This document shows positions 38,367 to 52,390 of a stretch of DNA of 64,000 nucleotides, piece after piece. A model generated the notes under the pieces. The model ran no database searches, was not told the origin of the DNA, and saw only the letters and a program-made list of their open reading frames with translations. Position numbers and translations under genes: made by a program. The DNA lies in the NCBI GenBank assembly GCA_951406725.2, contig OX597820.1, positions 29,884,001 through 29,948,000 of the forward strand. Reading direction: 5' to 3'. Position 1 is the stretch's first letter; the number at the start of each line of letters is the position of its first letter. The DNA is from Octopus vulgaris. Lineage: Eukaryota.

Positions 38367-38783
38367 AATTTTTTTAATTGCCCACAAGGAGCTAAACATA
38401 GAGGGGACAAACAAGGACAGACAAACGGATTAAGTCGATTATATAGACCCCAGTGAGTAACTGATACTTATTTAATCGACCCCGAAGGATAAAAGGCAAA
38501 GTCGACCTCGGCGGAATTTGAGCTCAGAACGTAGCGGCAGAGGAAATACCTATTTCTTTACTACCCAGAAGGGGCTACACACAGAGAGGACAAACAAGAA
38601 CAGACAAACGGATTAAGTCGATTATATCTACCCCAGTGCGTAACTGGTACTTATTTAATCGATCCCGAAAGGATGAAAGGCAAAGTCGACCTCGGCGGAA
38701 TTTGAACTCAGAACGTAGCGGCAGACAAAATACCGCTAAGCATTTCGCCCGGCGTGCTAACGTTTCTGCCAGCTCGCCGCCTT
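38367..38783 (-). mobile_element. SINE family B dimer with a 10-bp TSD
   Basis: TGTGGTCTAA at 38357-66 and 38784-93. Confidence 0.88.
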
Positions 38784-40018
38784 TGTGGTCTAATCTAACA
38801 TACGAAACCCATATGTGGTCTAATCTAAGATACGAAACCCAAACTTTGGATATCAAACGCGTCCCTGTGGTTTCTTACTGGTGATGATATGTTTACTGTG
38901 TTGCAGCGGTGTGCATCAGCTATTATTTCAGAAACACTAGAATATATTACATACCCAGGAACCTATAGTTATGAAATTATGGGAGTTTACTACCCTCACT
39001 TCCGGTATAGCTTACTTTCACTTTTTAATAGCAGTAAACTGCATGCTAACCGTCCGAAGGAGCTGAAGGTGGAGGCGACCTTTGTAAAATTTGAATTCAA
39101 AGTGCGGAGAGTTAAAAACAAATTTAAACACTGGTAATTCATTTTATGTGTCGACACACAAAGGATGAAAGTTGCAGTAAACGTCAACAGGAATTGAACC
39201 CAAAGCGACGAGAGCTAAAACGATTACTGCAAAGCAATCAATTCAATCCTCTAACAACTATGCCAGTTAGTTGCCATATGTATGTATATATGCATATATG
39301 TGCATATGCATGTGTGTGTGCAAACAGACGAACACCCTCACACAAGCACACTCAAATAATACGCTCAAACATACACACATTCAAGCATATACACTCACAT
39401 ATAGACACACTCACCCACACACATATACACACACATATATAAGTACAGAGAGCTGCAATTAATTTCAAACCCTGCTGATCAATCCACCGGGCTTTATTAT
39501 CCGCTATGCCATTTGAAGACTATAGGGTGGCATTTGAGGGATATTTGACAGCTATTTTTAGTCAGTTAAACAACAGAAGAATAATTAAAAATATTTCCAA
39601 CAATAACCCTTTTTTTAATAACAAATTTTTTTATAAAAAAGAGACAAATAATTATAGGCGCGAGAAAAATCAATAGGAAAGAAAATCGATTCTTTATTAT
39701 ATAAATCTTCATTACTTAATTATTATAGAATCCTTCATTATATAATTATTATATAGTTTTAATTATATAATTATTATATAATTTTTTTATTTTTTAATTC
39801 TATTATTCTATTATCGGTTTCAGTTGGAGGCTATGACTATGGTAGGGCACCGCCATAACTATTATCTAATTCTTTATTATATAATTTATCAAGTGTTTGT
39901 TACATCATTTTTAGTTAGACTGTTATTTCCTATATTGTTATATCTGGAGAGACAGTCATAATTAATAAAGCCAATAAACACACTCAGCGGTTGTCAAGTG
40001 AGGGAGGGGGGAAATATA

Positions 40019-40084
<66 letters not shown>

Positions 40085-40086
<2 letters not shown>

Positions 40087-40586
40087 GGGTTGTCCGGAAA
40101 GTTCGTGCCGATTTTTAAAAGAAAGAAAAAGGTCAATAAATACTTGCCATTGCATTTTTAATCAACCAAATATGAACCATTTTGTTGCACAATGCGTCTC
40201 CATCTTTCCTTTAACTTAAAAATACCCGCTTCCCAAAGAATTCATCTCGGTATCTTTTTACGTCATCCAAGGAATTGAAATTTTTACCATTAACCAACAT
40301 CTGGTGAATATGGAGGGTGAGGTAACACATCCCAGCTGAGCTGCAGCAATTTTTGTCTGGTTCCCAAAGCATCAAGTGCCGAACATGAACTTTCTTATCT
40401 TCCATTTTAAAGGGTTACAGAATTAACACAGGTTATAGGAACATAAACCTTCTTCCACGAAAAGATAGCTTAAACTGTGCTCTAAATGGAGGTGTAGTGA
40501 AATCCTATTTTATGGACTCAACCATGTTCTAAAATAAGTCGAAAGTCAAGCTACTATAAATCGGCACGAACTTTCCGGACAACTTA
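40085..40586 (-). mobile_element. Internally deleted mariner (MITE-like, ~500 bp)
   Basis: TIR GTTGTCCGGAAAGTTCGTGCCGATTT at both ends within TA repeats; fused N- and C-terminal transposase remnants (MEDKKVHVRHLML..., NGKNFNSLDDVK). Confidence 0.85.
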
Positions 40587-41204
40587 TAATATATATATAC
40601 GATGGGCTTCTTTCAGTTTCCGTCTAACAAATCCACTCACAAGGCTTTGATCGACCCGAGGCTTTAGTAGCAGACACTTGGCCAAGGTGTCATAAGGTTG
40701 GGGAAGCAAAATATGTCTATATCAGTGTACCAGTCACATGGTGAAATATAAACAAACAATAACCGGTGAGTGTATTTATAGGTTTTAACAGTTACGACTG
40801 TTCCCAAACATTATAAATATTCTTGCGGAACAAATTGAAAATCGAATGATCGCAAGCTTCATTTTCAATACATCTTAGAATTTACCGATTCATTAAATCG
40901 ACTTTTAATTAAAAACTGAATAACATGATGTGAGTGTTTGAGTGCGTGCGTGCATAGCGCGCTCGTATGTGTGAAATATAACAAGAACAAGAATATAGTA
41001 CATATTCAACATATATATTGGGTATATAGCAAATCGTTACCAGCTGAGAACAAAATAAACTTTATGCATTGTTTCATTCCACAATAACTGAAGTTTGGTG
41101 CCGTCATTTTTTTCTCTCCTATTTTTATTTATTTAATTTATGTTTCTATTTATTTACTTATATATTTTTCTATTTATTTACTTAATTATTTATTTTGCAG
41201 CATA

Positions 41205-41624
41205 TACTCTTTACTTGTTTCAGTCATTTGATTGTGGCCATGCGGGAGCACCGCCTTTAGTCGAGCAAATCGCCCCCAGGACTTATTCTTTGTAAGCCTA
41301 GTACTTATTCTATCAGTCTCTTTTGCCGAGCCGCTAAGTTAAGGGGCACGTAAACACACCAGCATCGGCTGTCAAGCGATGTTGCGGGGATAAACACAGA
41401 CACACAAACATACACACACAAGCATACACTCACACATACATACATATATATACATATATACGACGGGTTTCTTTCAGTTTCCGCCTACCAAATCCACTCA
41501 CAAGGCTTTGGTCGGCCCGAGGCTATAGTAGAAGACACTTACCCAAGGTGCCACGCAGTGGGACTGAACCCGGACCCATGTGGTTGGTAAGCAACCTACT
41601 TACTACATAGCCACTCCTACGCCT
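41205..41624 (-). mobile_element. SINE family A, full length
   Basis: Head-core-tail match. Confidence 0.9.
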
Positions 41625-41633
41625 ATAAACAAG

Positions 41634-41682
41634 TTCCCATGCCGAGAATCGAACCCGGGCTGCCTGGGTGAAAGCCAGGAAT
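41634..41682 (-). pseudogene. tRNA-Glu(TTC) 3' fragment (anticodon arm to acceptor 3' strand)
   Basis: ATTCCTGGCTTTCACCCAGGCAGCCCGGGTTCGATTCTCGGCATGGGAA: CCTGG/CCAGG stem around TTC, T-arm GGTTCGA. The 5' strand and D-arm are missing. Confidence 0.8.
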
Positions 41683-42394
41683 ATGTTATATATAAGTAAA
41701 GCAAGAAATTCATTTTAATTCCATTGCCTAAGATCGGAGTAAATTTGTGTACTCTGTATTCCATTTTACTCTCTGTTCTGAGTTTTTTCTTTACTTCCAT
41801 TTCTTCATAAAGTTTCCGATTTTTAAAAAAATGAATAAATAAATAACTGAATTAATAAATAAAACACCTTTTTGCCCTTCACAAGAATTCTAAAGGTAGC
41901 CGATTTTTCTCACCCCAAGGATTTTTAACGCAATATTTGCACACTCTTGATGACAGCTTTATTTGCTTCGGGATATACCATTCCTAAAAAGAATGATTTC
42001 ACGTTGTCGAATCTTCTAATATTGTACAAGTTGATATGATGTTAACTTCTAGTTCTTCAAATTTAAACAACTCAAGACCGGAAGTTCTTGCGCTACTTCC
42101 TTGAGAGGAGAAGCTGGAAGTTAATAAAGAGAATCGATGAGGAAGAGTGAGAAAGTGCGATGAGAAAGATACTGTGGGAAATGAAGAAAAGAGAAACAGA
42201 GAAGGGGAAAGAGGGAGGAGAGGAGGAGGCGGATTTGAATTAGGTATACGAGGGGTTAATATGTAGTTAGTATATAGATTAAAATCATCATGGCAGTGGA
42301 AGCACGACTTTCTGGGCAAGTCTCTTCAATTATAATTTCAGGTCGAATTCCCTTTGAGTGAATTTGGTAAGCGAAAACTGTGTGGAAACCCATC

Positions 42395-42424
<30 letters not shown>

Positions 42425-42426
<2 letters not shown>

Positions 42427-43660
42427 CAGGTTTTTAAATATGAAATTTGTAAAGTATATGGTTAATTTTGGCAGCTGCTCATTTTGCGTCGTGATTATAT
42501 TTTGACAATCATTATTTTTTGTGAGAAAGCTGACACATTTATTTCTTTATTCTAACTCATTTTGCGCTTTATAAAGTATTTATAAATCTTCTTTTTTTTT
42601 TTTTTTTTTTGCTATTTTTGTTTAGAGATGGATAAGTCGGAAATTTGTAGTTTTGAAATAGTTCTCTCTTGGAAAAACAACATAACAGACAGCTCGGAAT
42701 ATTAATAGAGTATCTCCTAATGTTATTACACAGCAAACAGTATCAAATTGGTTTGCAAAATTTCGTTCTGGTAACTTTGACCTCACAAATGAGCCATGCG
42801 GTCGACCAGAAGCAAAGGTGGATAATGACGAATCAGATCCATCTCAAAGTGCCCGTCAATTATCGTCGTTGTTTGGTGTTAGCAAGCAAACAATATTGAC
42901 TCACCTAGTTCAAATCGGTAAAGTGAAAAAGTTGGATAGGTGGGTTCCAAATGAACTCAATGAAAATCAGAAACAGCAACATTTGGAAGCCTGCATTATG
43001 CTACTTTCTCGTCACAAAAATGAATCATTTTTTAATTGAATTGTAACATGATGAGAAATGGATCCAATACAACAACCGTAAATGTTCAGCACAATGGTTG
43101 AACAAAGGCGAGCCACCAAAACACAGTCCAGAAAACAAAATTCATAAAAAGAAGCTGATGGTGTGTGTTTGGTGGGTGGTCTGGCGCATTATGATTTCAT
43201 TAAACCTGGTGACCCATTATGATTTCCTTAAATCTTGCTCATCAATCATGGCCGAAGTATACTGCAGCCAACTGGACCAAATGATGCAGAAACTTACAAA
43301 AAAAAACAGCCTAGATTAGTCAACAGATCCACTCCTATTTTATTGCAAGACAATGCCAGACCACACATCGCAAAAATGACATTGGCGAAACTACAGGAGT
43401 TGGAGTTGGAAGTCCTCCATCATCCACCATACTCACCTAATCTTGCCCCCCATTGACTGCCACTTCTTCCAGAATTTGGGTAACTTTTTGAGAGGAAAAC
43501 AATTTAATTCCGATGATGCTGTAAAACAGGCTTTCCAAGATTTTATTGACTCTAGATTGCCAGGCTTTGACAGATCCGGGCTGGACAAGCTACTGCTGAA
43601 ATGTCAAAAGTTTATTGACAATACGGGTGCATACTTTGATGAAAAAACTATTCCTTGTAT
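42425..43660 (+). mobile_element. Degraded mariner, transposase pseudogene ~42628-43640
   Basis: WVPNEL, DEKW, LQDNARPH and HPPYSPNLAP motifs in several frames; right TIR not found. Confidence 0.85.
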
Positions 43661-43760
43661 TTATAAAACATCTGCAAACATTTTTTTTAACAGACTAAAA
43701 AAATAAATTATTTACATTATTTACAGTTGACAGATATTTATCCTCATCTTGTTTGTTGTT

Positions 43761-43806
43761 AACACAACGTTTCGGCTGATATACCCTCCAGCCTTCATCA
43801 GGTGTC
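43761..43806 (-). ncRNA. Minimal type I hammerhead ribozyme, intact core
   Basis: GACAC-CTGATGA-A-GGCTG(10 nt)CAGCC-GAAA-CG-TT-GTGTT; 5-bp stem I, 5-bp stem II, palindromic ACGT in place of stem III. Confidence 0.82.
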
Positions 43807-43878
43807 TTGGGGAAATTTCGAACCTGGGTTCTCATTCCTAAGGTATTTTTCGATGTTGTTGTTGTTATTATTATTATT

Positions 43879-44436
43879 GAGTGAGAGAGCAGTGCATGCC
43901 ATCAAAGTGACACTGGGGTAAAATATACGAAGCCCAATATACCCATCATGACTACCCGTCTGATAAAGGTACACCAGGCACATGCATCACAACCATATGT
44001 GCGCGACATGGTGATCTCATATCAAGATAAACAGCGCATGACCTTGCAGGTGGGGCCCAGTTAGAATTTTCTTCAGGTTGAGTAGCCCATCCCGCTCAAA
44101 AGGTCCCTGAATAAGGGTTGTTTAAGGATGTTGAAAGAACCACCCATGTTTCCAGAGGTGAATTATTCAAACCCCAAAGAATCCCTCTCAACACATGGCT
44201 ATGATGCTCCCCCACTACTCCTGCTTGTGATCAGAGATGCACATATCGTCAGCCACTAAGGGACATGCTCAACTGGTTAAGGTCAAACAACTGACAAGCA
44301 AATCTGTGGTATTTAGCAGAATATTTGCTGTAGCCCATCTTTTATACCAAGACAAAACAATGTACATGATAACACTTCCAATCAGTTAAGATCAGAAGCC
44401 ATGAGAGCCACTGCCTGGTACTGCATCAGGGCATTT
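43879..44436. mobile_element. 558-bp (ATT)n-inserted element, copy 2
   Basis: Near-identical to 21254-21811. Confidence 0.85.
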
Positions 44437-44837
44437 ATTATTATTATTATTATTATTGTTGTTGTTGTTGTTGTTGTTATTATTATTATTATTATTCAGG
44501 TCACTGCTTGGAACCGAACTCAGAATCTTGGGGTTAGTAGCCCGCACTCTTAACCACTACGCCATATGCACAAACACGCACACACGCATAAACACAGTCT
44601 CACAATACACAACATATGAGCAACACACAAACATCACTCTAATAGAGAGAGCAAGCAAGCCTAATACTGTTAAATGACAGCAACTTCTCGGCATGTCTTT
44701 ATCTCTGAGTCTCTAATCCTCTAGCTATTTGTCTTTACCTAATCCTCTGGGTATTTTGTCTTATATCTCTTTATAGCTAACGATCTCTATTTTTCCCAGG
44801 TAGCTGCTCTTTTCTGTATATCTTTTCGGTTTTAATT

Positions 44838-44907
<70 letters not shown>

Positions 44908-45485
44908 TACCTCCCTCTATCCCACCCTCTCTCCCTCTCTCTCCCTCTCTCTCTCTCTCAGCTCTCTCTCTCACTCTCACGTCCTCTCTCACTCCTTCTC
45001 CTTCTCTCTGCTTCTCCTCACTCTGTCTGCGCTCTCTGTCTCTTTTCTGCTTCAATCCTACCTTCGGGTCTTATACTTTCCATAGACACACATCCAATTC
45101 TGTACACTTCAGGAGCGCATTGTCACGTACATGGTTACACATTTACACATATTACCCCGAGAGGGAGAACAACAAGGAAAGAGAAGAAAGAAAGAAAGAA
45201 ACCGTAAGAGCTTAAATGAAAAAGACAGAGAGAGAGAGGGAGATAAATAACAGGGACTCGTCTGTATGCGAAACACTTTGTGAGATTATCCATCAAAGAT
45301 GGCCGACTTGAGATTATATACATATATGTGTGTGTGTGTATACACATACATATATATGTATGTACGCATGTATGTATGTATGTATGTATGTATGTATGTA
45401 TGTATGTATGTATGTATGTATGTATGTATGTATGTATGTGTGTGTGTGTGAATACACACACACACACGCACATACATATATCGAA

Positions 45486-45880
45486 GACGTGGATATGTGG
45501 TAAGACGTTTGCTTCTCAACCACATGGTTTCGGGTTCAACCCCACTGCGTGGCACCTTAGGTAAGTGTCTTTTACTGTAGCCGCTGAACGATCAAAGCTC
45601 TCTGAGTGAATTTGGTAGAAGGTAACTGAAAAAAGCCCGTCGTATATGTGTGCATGTGTGTTTTTGTTTGTGTGTGTGTGCGTGTGTTTGCCATCCAATT
45701 ATCACTTGACAACCGCTGTTGGTGCGTTTACTAAACCGTAACTTAGCAGTTCGGTAAATGAGACCGATAGACTGGGTACCAAGCATAAAAGGAATACGCG
45801 CTGGGGTCGATTCGTCCGACTAAAATTCTTCACGGCGGTGCCTCGGCATGGCCAAGGACAAAGGACGGAAAACGGTAAAA
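45486..45880 (+). mobile_element. SINE family A, diverged
   Basis: Head-core-tail similarity. Confidence 0.75.
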
Positions 45881-46413
45881 GGCATATATATATATATAGT
45901 TCATAGATGAGATCCAGAGATTCTCCGTATAGAAGTCAATTTATATTCATATCTATCTATATGCATATATCCATATCTTGTATTTCATACATAGACTAGT
46001 ATATCTAATATACTTAATATATCTTATGAATTTGATGTATCTAATTTGTTTATTCGCATAGTTGCCTCTCTCTCTCTCCATTAATATATATATATAAAAT
46101 ACAAAATGGGACAAGAACGCAAAACATCCGGACAGCTAGGCATTACAAATAGGGACAACAAAACATCTAGATAGACGATACAAAGAAGACAAGGACGGGT
46201 CATTCGAAGTTTTCTCTCCTCAGTCAAGCACTAGATTATCCGCGCAATTTCGGTTGATTATTCTTGAGATTTCTCCAGTCTGGCCAGCCCCAAGGAAAAA
46301 CTAAGCTAAGAGTATTAGATTCCTTGGAAGAAAGCAGCGAATGTATACAAAAACAAGGACGGAAAAAACCCGGAGAAGGTTACACAAATATAAATTCAAT
46401 AAAAATAATAACA

Positions 46414-46500
<87 letters not shown>

Positions 46501-46512
46501 TAGATAGATAGA

Positions 46513-46671
46513 TGTAGGAGTGGCTGTGTGGTAAGCAGCTTGCTTACGAATCACATGGTTCTGGGTTCAGTCCCACTGCATGGCACCTTGGGCAAGTGTC
46601 TTCTACTATAACCTCGGGCCGACCAAAGCCTTGTGAATGGATTTGGTAGACAGAAACTGAAAGAAGCCCGT

Positions 46672-46734
<63 letters not shown>

Positions 46735-46959
46735 GTGTGTGTATATGTTTGTGTGTCTGTGTTTGTCCCCCCAACATCGCTTGACAACCGATGCTGGTGT
46801 GTTTACGTCTCCGTTACTTAGCGGTTCGGCAAAAGAGACCGATAGAATAAGTACTAGGCTTACAAAAAAGAATAAGTCCCGGGGTCGAGTTGCTCGATTA
46901 AAGGCGGTGCTCCAGCATGGCCGCAGTCAAATGACTGAAACAAGTAAAAGAGTAAAAGA

Positions 46960-46960
<1 letters not shown>
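46513..46960 (+). mobile_element. SINE family A, full length
   Basis: Head-core-tail match. Confidence 0.9.
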
Positions 46961-46992
<32 letters not shown>

Positions 46993-47282
46993 CACATATC
47001 ACTACCATAATGTTATCTTTAAGATATCGTGTTAGCGCAGTACACGTACACAAGCTCACACACAAACACTCAAACACACGCACGGGCATATATATGTATT
47101 TGTGTTTATATATGTACATTTGCTTATATACGTACATGTAAATGTATTCAAGCGTGTACGCATCTATGTTTCTGTGTGTGTATGTGCGTGTGTGCGACTG
47201 TGAAAAGAAGTATATAATTCTCCGAACTTCGTAACCACCCACTATACTTGCATCCACAGATACATACAGATGTACACATATA

Positions 47283-47317
<35 letters not shown>

Positions 47318-47388
47318 CCGTGCGTGCGCGTGTTTGTGTGTGTATGTATATATATGAACGTATGTACGCACGTATGTATGCATATATA

Positions 47389-47429
<41 letters not shown>

Positions 47430-47551
47430 CAGACAGGCAGAGAGATAGACAGACATATACGCATGCATACATACATACATACATATAAGCACTTATATGT
47501 AAATTTATATCCATATCGTTATCTATATATGTATATGTACCTATGTGTATG

Positions 47552-47627
<76 letters not shown>

Positions 47628-47764
47628 CATACATATATATATAAACATATACATATATAAACGTGTATGCATACACATAGATATATATGTGTATGTGTTT
47701 ATATATGTGTGTGTGCGAGTTCATATATATATATACATATATATATATGTATGTATGTATATAA

Positions 47765-47808
<44 letters not shown>

Positions 47809-47812
47809 ATAA

Positions 47813-47867
<55 letters not shown>

Positions 47868-49156
47868 TAAAGATGCATGTCACTCTTTAAAACCTATTGG
47901 CAATATAAATTAATCTCTAATTGGGAGATAGAAGTACAGATTTAAAACTAATCCGATTTGGCTTAGCTGACATTCCTTTCTTCCTTTTCATTGTGAAGCT
48001 TCTTTGTAAAGACGGCCGAGACTGAAAATGATTTAGGGTACATCAGTAAACTTGAAATAATCTGCAGCTATTTCAAGACAATCGGTCTCAATGCGTTTTG
48101 TTTTTGAGTGTTTCGTAAGATTCTTGATGAGAAACCGTGTTGTGTTCGAAGCAAGTATATAAGGGAGACATAGATAAGGTTATACATGTTTGACGAAACG
48201 ACTTTGAGAAATTAACCGATCAGTCAATTAATATCAAGCGGGCCCTCATTTTATGTTCTTTCCCTCCAATCAGTTGGAAGCTCTGACTGCTATTCGAAAG
48301 GCACGAGGGTCCTCTTGTGTGATGCTGGGGCAGAGCGCTTTAAAACCGAACGCAGGAGATTGCATGAGAGGAGGAGACGTCATCGTCACTCCTGCTCCTG
48401 CAGCTAACGTTCGGGGTCAGTTTTAGTATCCTTAAGTATCCTCAGGCAATCTTGTCTGCTCCCTTGAGAGACAATGTGCTGGGGGCGGAGGAAGATAAAT
48501 GTCTTGGATCGATGTTGCTATGAACCTGATTCAACACATGGTTTACAACTGGAAAAATCGCTATTGTAACGTTGTTAGGAATTCAGAAAATATATTAAGC
48601 TCAGTCATTAGTTACAGTGTTTACTGCAACAATAGTTAAAATTTATAAGTCTTTAAGAGAGTTGAAGTCGGTCGCTAACAAAGCGACAAAACCTTTTCAG
48701 TTAAGAAAGTTCCAAGTGTACATCTATTCACCAAAAGCATCTCAGATAGAGACTCTTTGAAATGTCTTACAAATCTTTGCTGTCCCATTATTAGATTGGA
48801 TTCGGAGAATCCGCGCCAGTTTCTTTTGCTCTTTCTTCGAAAAAGCTAGCATTTTCTGGGTTTTGTGTCAATTAGTTGGTACATAACCAAATGTACCTTT
48901 GGTGATAGATACAAATGAGAATTCATATGTCAGTGTATAAGAACTGTAAGTTCCGCATTAATTCACCATAAATGTTCTCTTTCTCCTGGTTTTTATTGTA
49001 CATTCACATCCGCTGGGCAGCTGATCTCTACAATAGGTCAGAACTTTTGTTCTCCGTCCCACAGACCATACATACATACATACATACATACATACATACA
49101 TACATACATACATACATACATGTATGTAAGCATATGTATGTGTGAGTATGTGTGTG

Positions 49157-49199
<43 letters not shown>

Positions 49200-49423
49200 T
49201 GTAAGTATGTATGTATGTATGTATAAAAGACACAAGATCTTTCGTCAGGGTGACTTTCAGGGTCGATAAAATAAATACCCGTTGAACAGTGGAGTTGATG
49301 TAACTGGCACATCCCCACCTGCCCCAAGCTGTTCTTGTGACAAATATTTGAAATAGTAATAATAATGACTAATATTATTATTATATTTTTATTTTCATGT
49401 TCAATATAACGTGTTTCCCTTCA

Positions 49424-49770
49424 GGGCGGCGAGCTGGCAGAATCGTTAGCACGGTGGACGAAATGCTTAGTGGTATTTCCTCTGCCGTCACATTTTGAGT
49501 TCAAATTCCGCCGAGGTCGACTTTTCCTTTCATCCTTTCGGGGTCGATAAATTAAGTACCAGTTACGCACTGGGGTCGATATAATCGACTTAATCCGTTT
49601 GTCTGTCCTTGTTTGTCTCCTCTGTGTTTAGGCCCTTGTGGGTAGTAAAGAAATAGGTATTTCGTCTGTCGTTACGTTCTGAGTTCAAATTCCGCCGACG
49701 TCGACTTTGCTTTTCCTCCTTTCGAGGTCCCCTCTATGTTTAGTCCCCTGTAAGCAATAATAAAAAAATA
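49424..49770 (+). mobile_element. SINE family B, ~1.5 units, with a TSD
   Basis: GTGTTTCCCT at 49411-20 and 49775-84. Confidence 0.85.
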
Positions 49771-50641
49771 TATTGTGTTTCCCTCCACTTCCGATCTTAT
49801 TTTGTCGCCTTTCTATCTTGAAACCACTACTGCAACTTTTCTAATGTGGTTTCCATGTAAATAAATATAATTTTTACAATCTATACATCACATTTTATAT
49901 ATATACACCGTTCATAGGCAAGTTACGGCGATATTCGTCCTGCATTAGCATCTCTCATGGACATGGTGTGCTAAACAGCAATAAATAAAGAAGGCAACAA
50001 AATGTCGCCCCATTATAGGCCAGCGAGAACGCTATATACAATTCAGCCATTTTGTGACTTTTCAATGACGTGTACTTGCAACCGGAACCGGTTACATGCT
50101 TAGGCGAGACTTCGTCCCTTCTGGTGTAGGAGTGTTGCGATTATCCGCTTGGCTGAATATATATATATATATATATATATATAGCGATTTATATTCAAAT
50201 TGTCAAGCATATGATTAGTACAAAAAAAAAAAAACACGAAAAGAATTCGCATTATCGGTTAATATTTTTTTCTCTGATCTCCATAGCTAGAAATTTCGCA
50301 AGGTTGCATATAGAAGAGGGAAGACGGAAGTGTTTATTCATAAAGTTTTCAGTTACGTCATCTTACATGTATTTTGTTAACAATAACATACGTTATATAA
50401 GAAACACCTTAAAAAACAGATTACATCATCAAAGTTTCAGTTATTGTATAACTCTCGTAAATAACCTTTAAGATTCCTAAATAACATCAGACAGTGTTTT
50501 GGTATCAACAACTGTAATCTGCTTATAAAGTTTACTCTTATATAAGAGATGTGATTGTTAATGAAATACATGTAAGATGACTTAAGAACACGTAGCTCAG
50601 AAATTTATGAAAAACTCTCCAGGTTTGTTTTACTCCCCACT

Positions 50642-51117
<476 letters not shown>

Positions 51118-51192
51118 ATTTTTTTTTTTTTATATATATGTTAATATCGAAATTCGCACGTGAGTGCGAGTAAAAAACAAGCGATCTACGTT

Positions 51193-51253
<61 letters not shown>

Positions 51254-51354
51254 TGAAAGAAAGAAAGATATGAAGATATATAAAGATATTAGATCATTAT
51301 ATAGAATGATAGAAAAATAGAAAAGAGTTATCTAGTTAATTCATAAACAAATGA

Positions 51355-51388
<34 letters not shown>

Positions 51389-51424
51389 CTTATACAAAGA
51401 GGGAGAGAGGTACATGCATACATG

Positions 51425-51470
<46 letters not shown>

Positions 51471-51560
51471 TGTGTGTGTATGCATGTATATATGGTTATG
51501 TGTGTGTGTGTGTGTATGCATGAATGTATGTTTGCATGCCTGGAAGCATGTATATCTAAG

Positions 51561-51604
<44 letters not shown>

Positions 51605-52359
51605 GAGAGACAGAGAAAGAAGGATACATAATTTGGTAGAGAGAGAGAGATAGGCAGATAGAAGAGTTGGTCAAACGGGAAGATTACGTGTCCAGGATAT
51701 GTGGTTTCTAAACATATATATGTTCGCACAAAGAAGTCACAGGGAATATATACAACAGATCTAAATCGTTTCTCACGTGATTATTGGGCACGTGGGGTTT
51801 ATCATATACAATAGAGGGTTTTACCTGGATGTAGCTAATCTTCTGACCTCCTCCCAACCACTTTGCACCTTTGCTGTCAATAATCTGTCTTTCACTACCG
51901 CACCCATCATTTAGTAAGCCCAATGCATTCTTCGTGTGAAGATTAAGTAAGTAAAACAGTTCCTAGTTGCTGCGTACGCCCGCACGCATGCACTCACGTA
52001 CACATACACACACAAACACACATACTCATGCACACACACACAGAGTCACACACACGCACACACACACATACATGCACGCACATATATACATTTCTGTACT
52101 CTGCTCTATACGATTACATAGATTGCCTTCGTGTACATGCTTTTGTAAATATATGAACATGCACATACATACACACACATACACAAACACATACATATAT
52201 ATATATATACATACATACAAATGCATACATATATGTATGTTTAATTACATATAACTATATGTATATATATATATATATATACAATATATATGTATAGGTA
52301 TATATACATGTACAATATATATGTATATGTATATATACATGTATATATGTATGTATGTA

Positions 52360-52390
<31 letters not shown>

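Larger units (their letters stand above)
43706..44569 (-). mobile_element. tRNA-headed SINE-like element with a hammerhead tail, interrupted by the 558-bp element
   Basis: Head 44569-44497 (A-box TGGCGTAGTGG, B-box GAGTTCGGTTCC), (AAT/AAC)n linker, and tail 43854-43706 carrying the hammerhead. Confidence 0.65.

Noticed and set aside
48120-48430. TTGATGA...GAAG motif and a possible plus-strand exon after CAATCAG
   Set aside because: No stem I; the short frame ends in a stop with no recognisable domain or supporting neighbouring exons.
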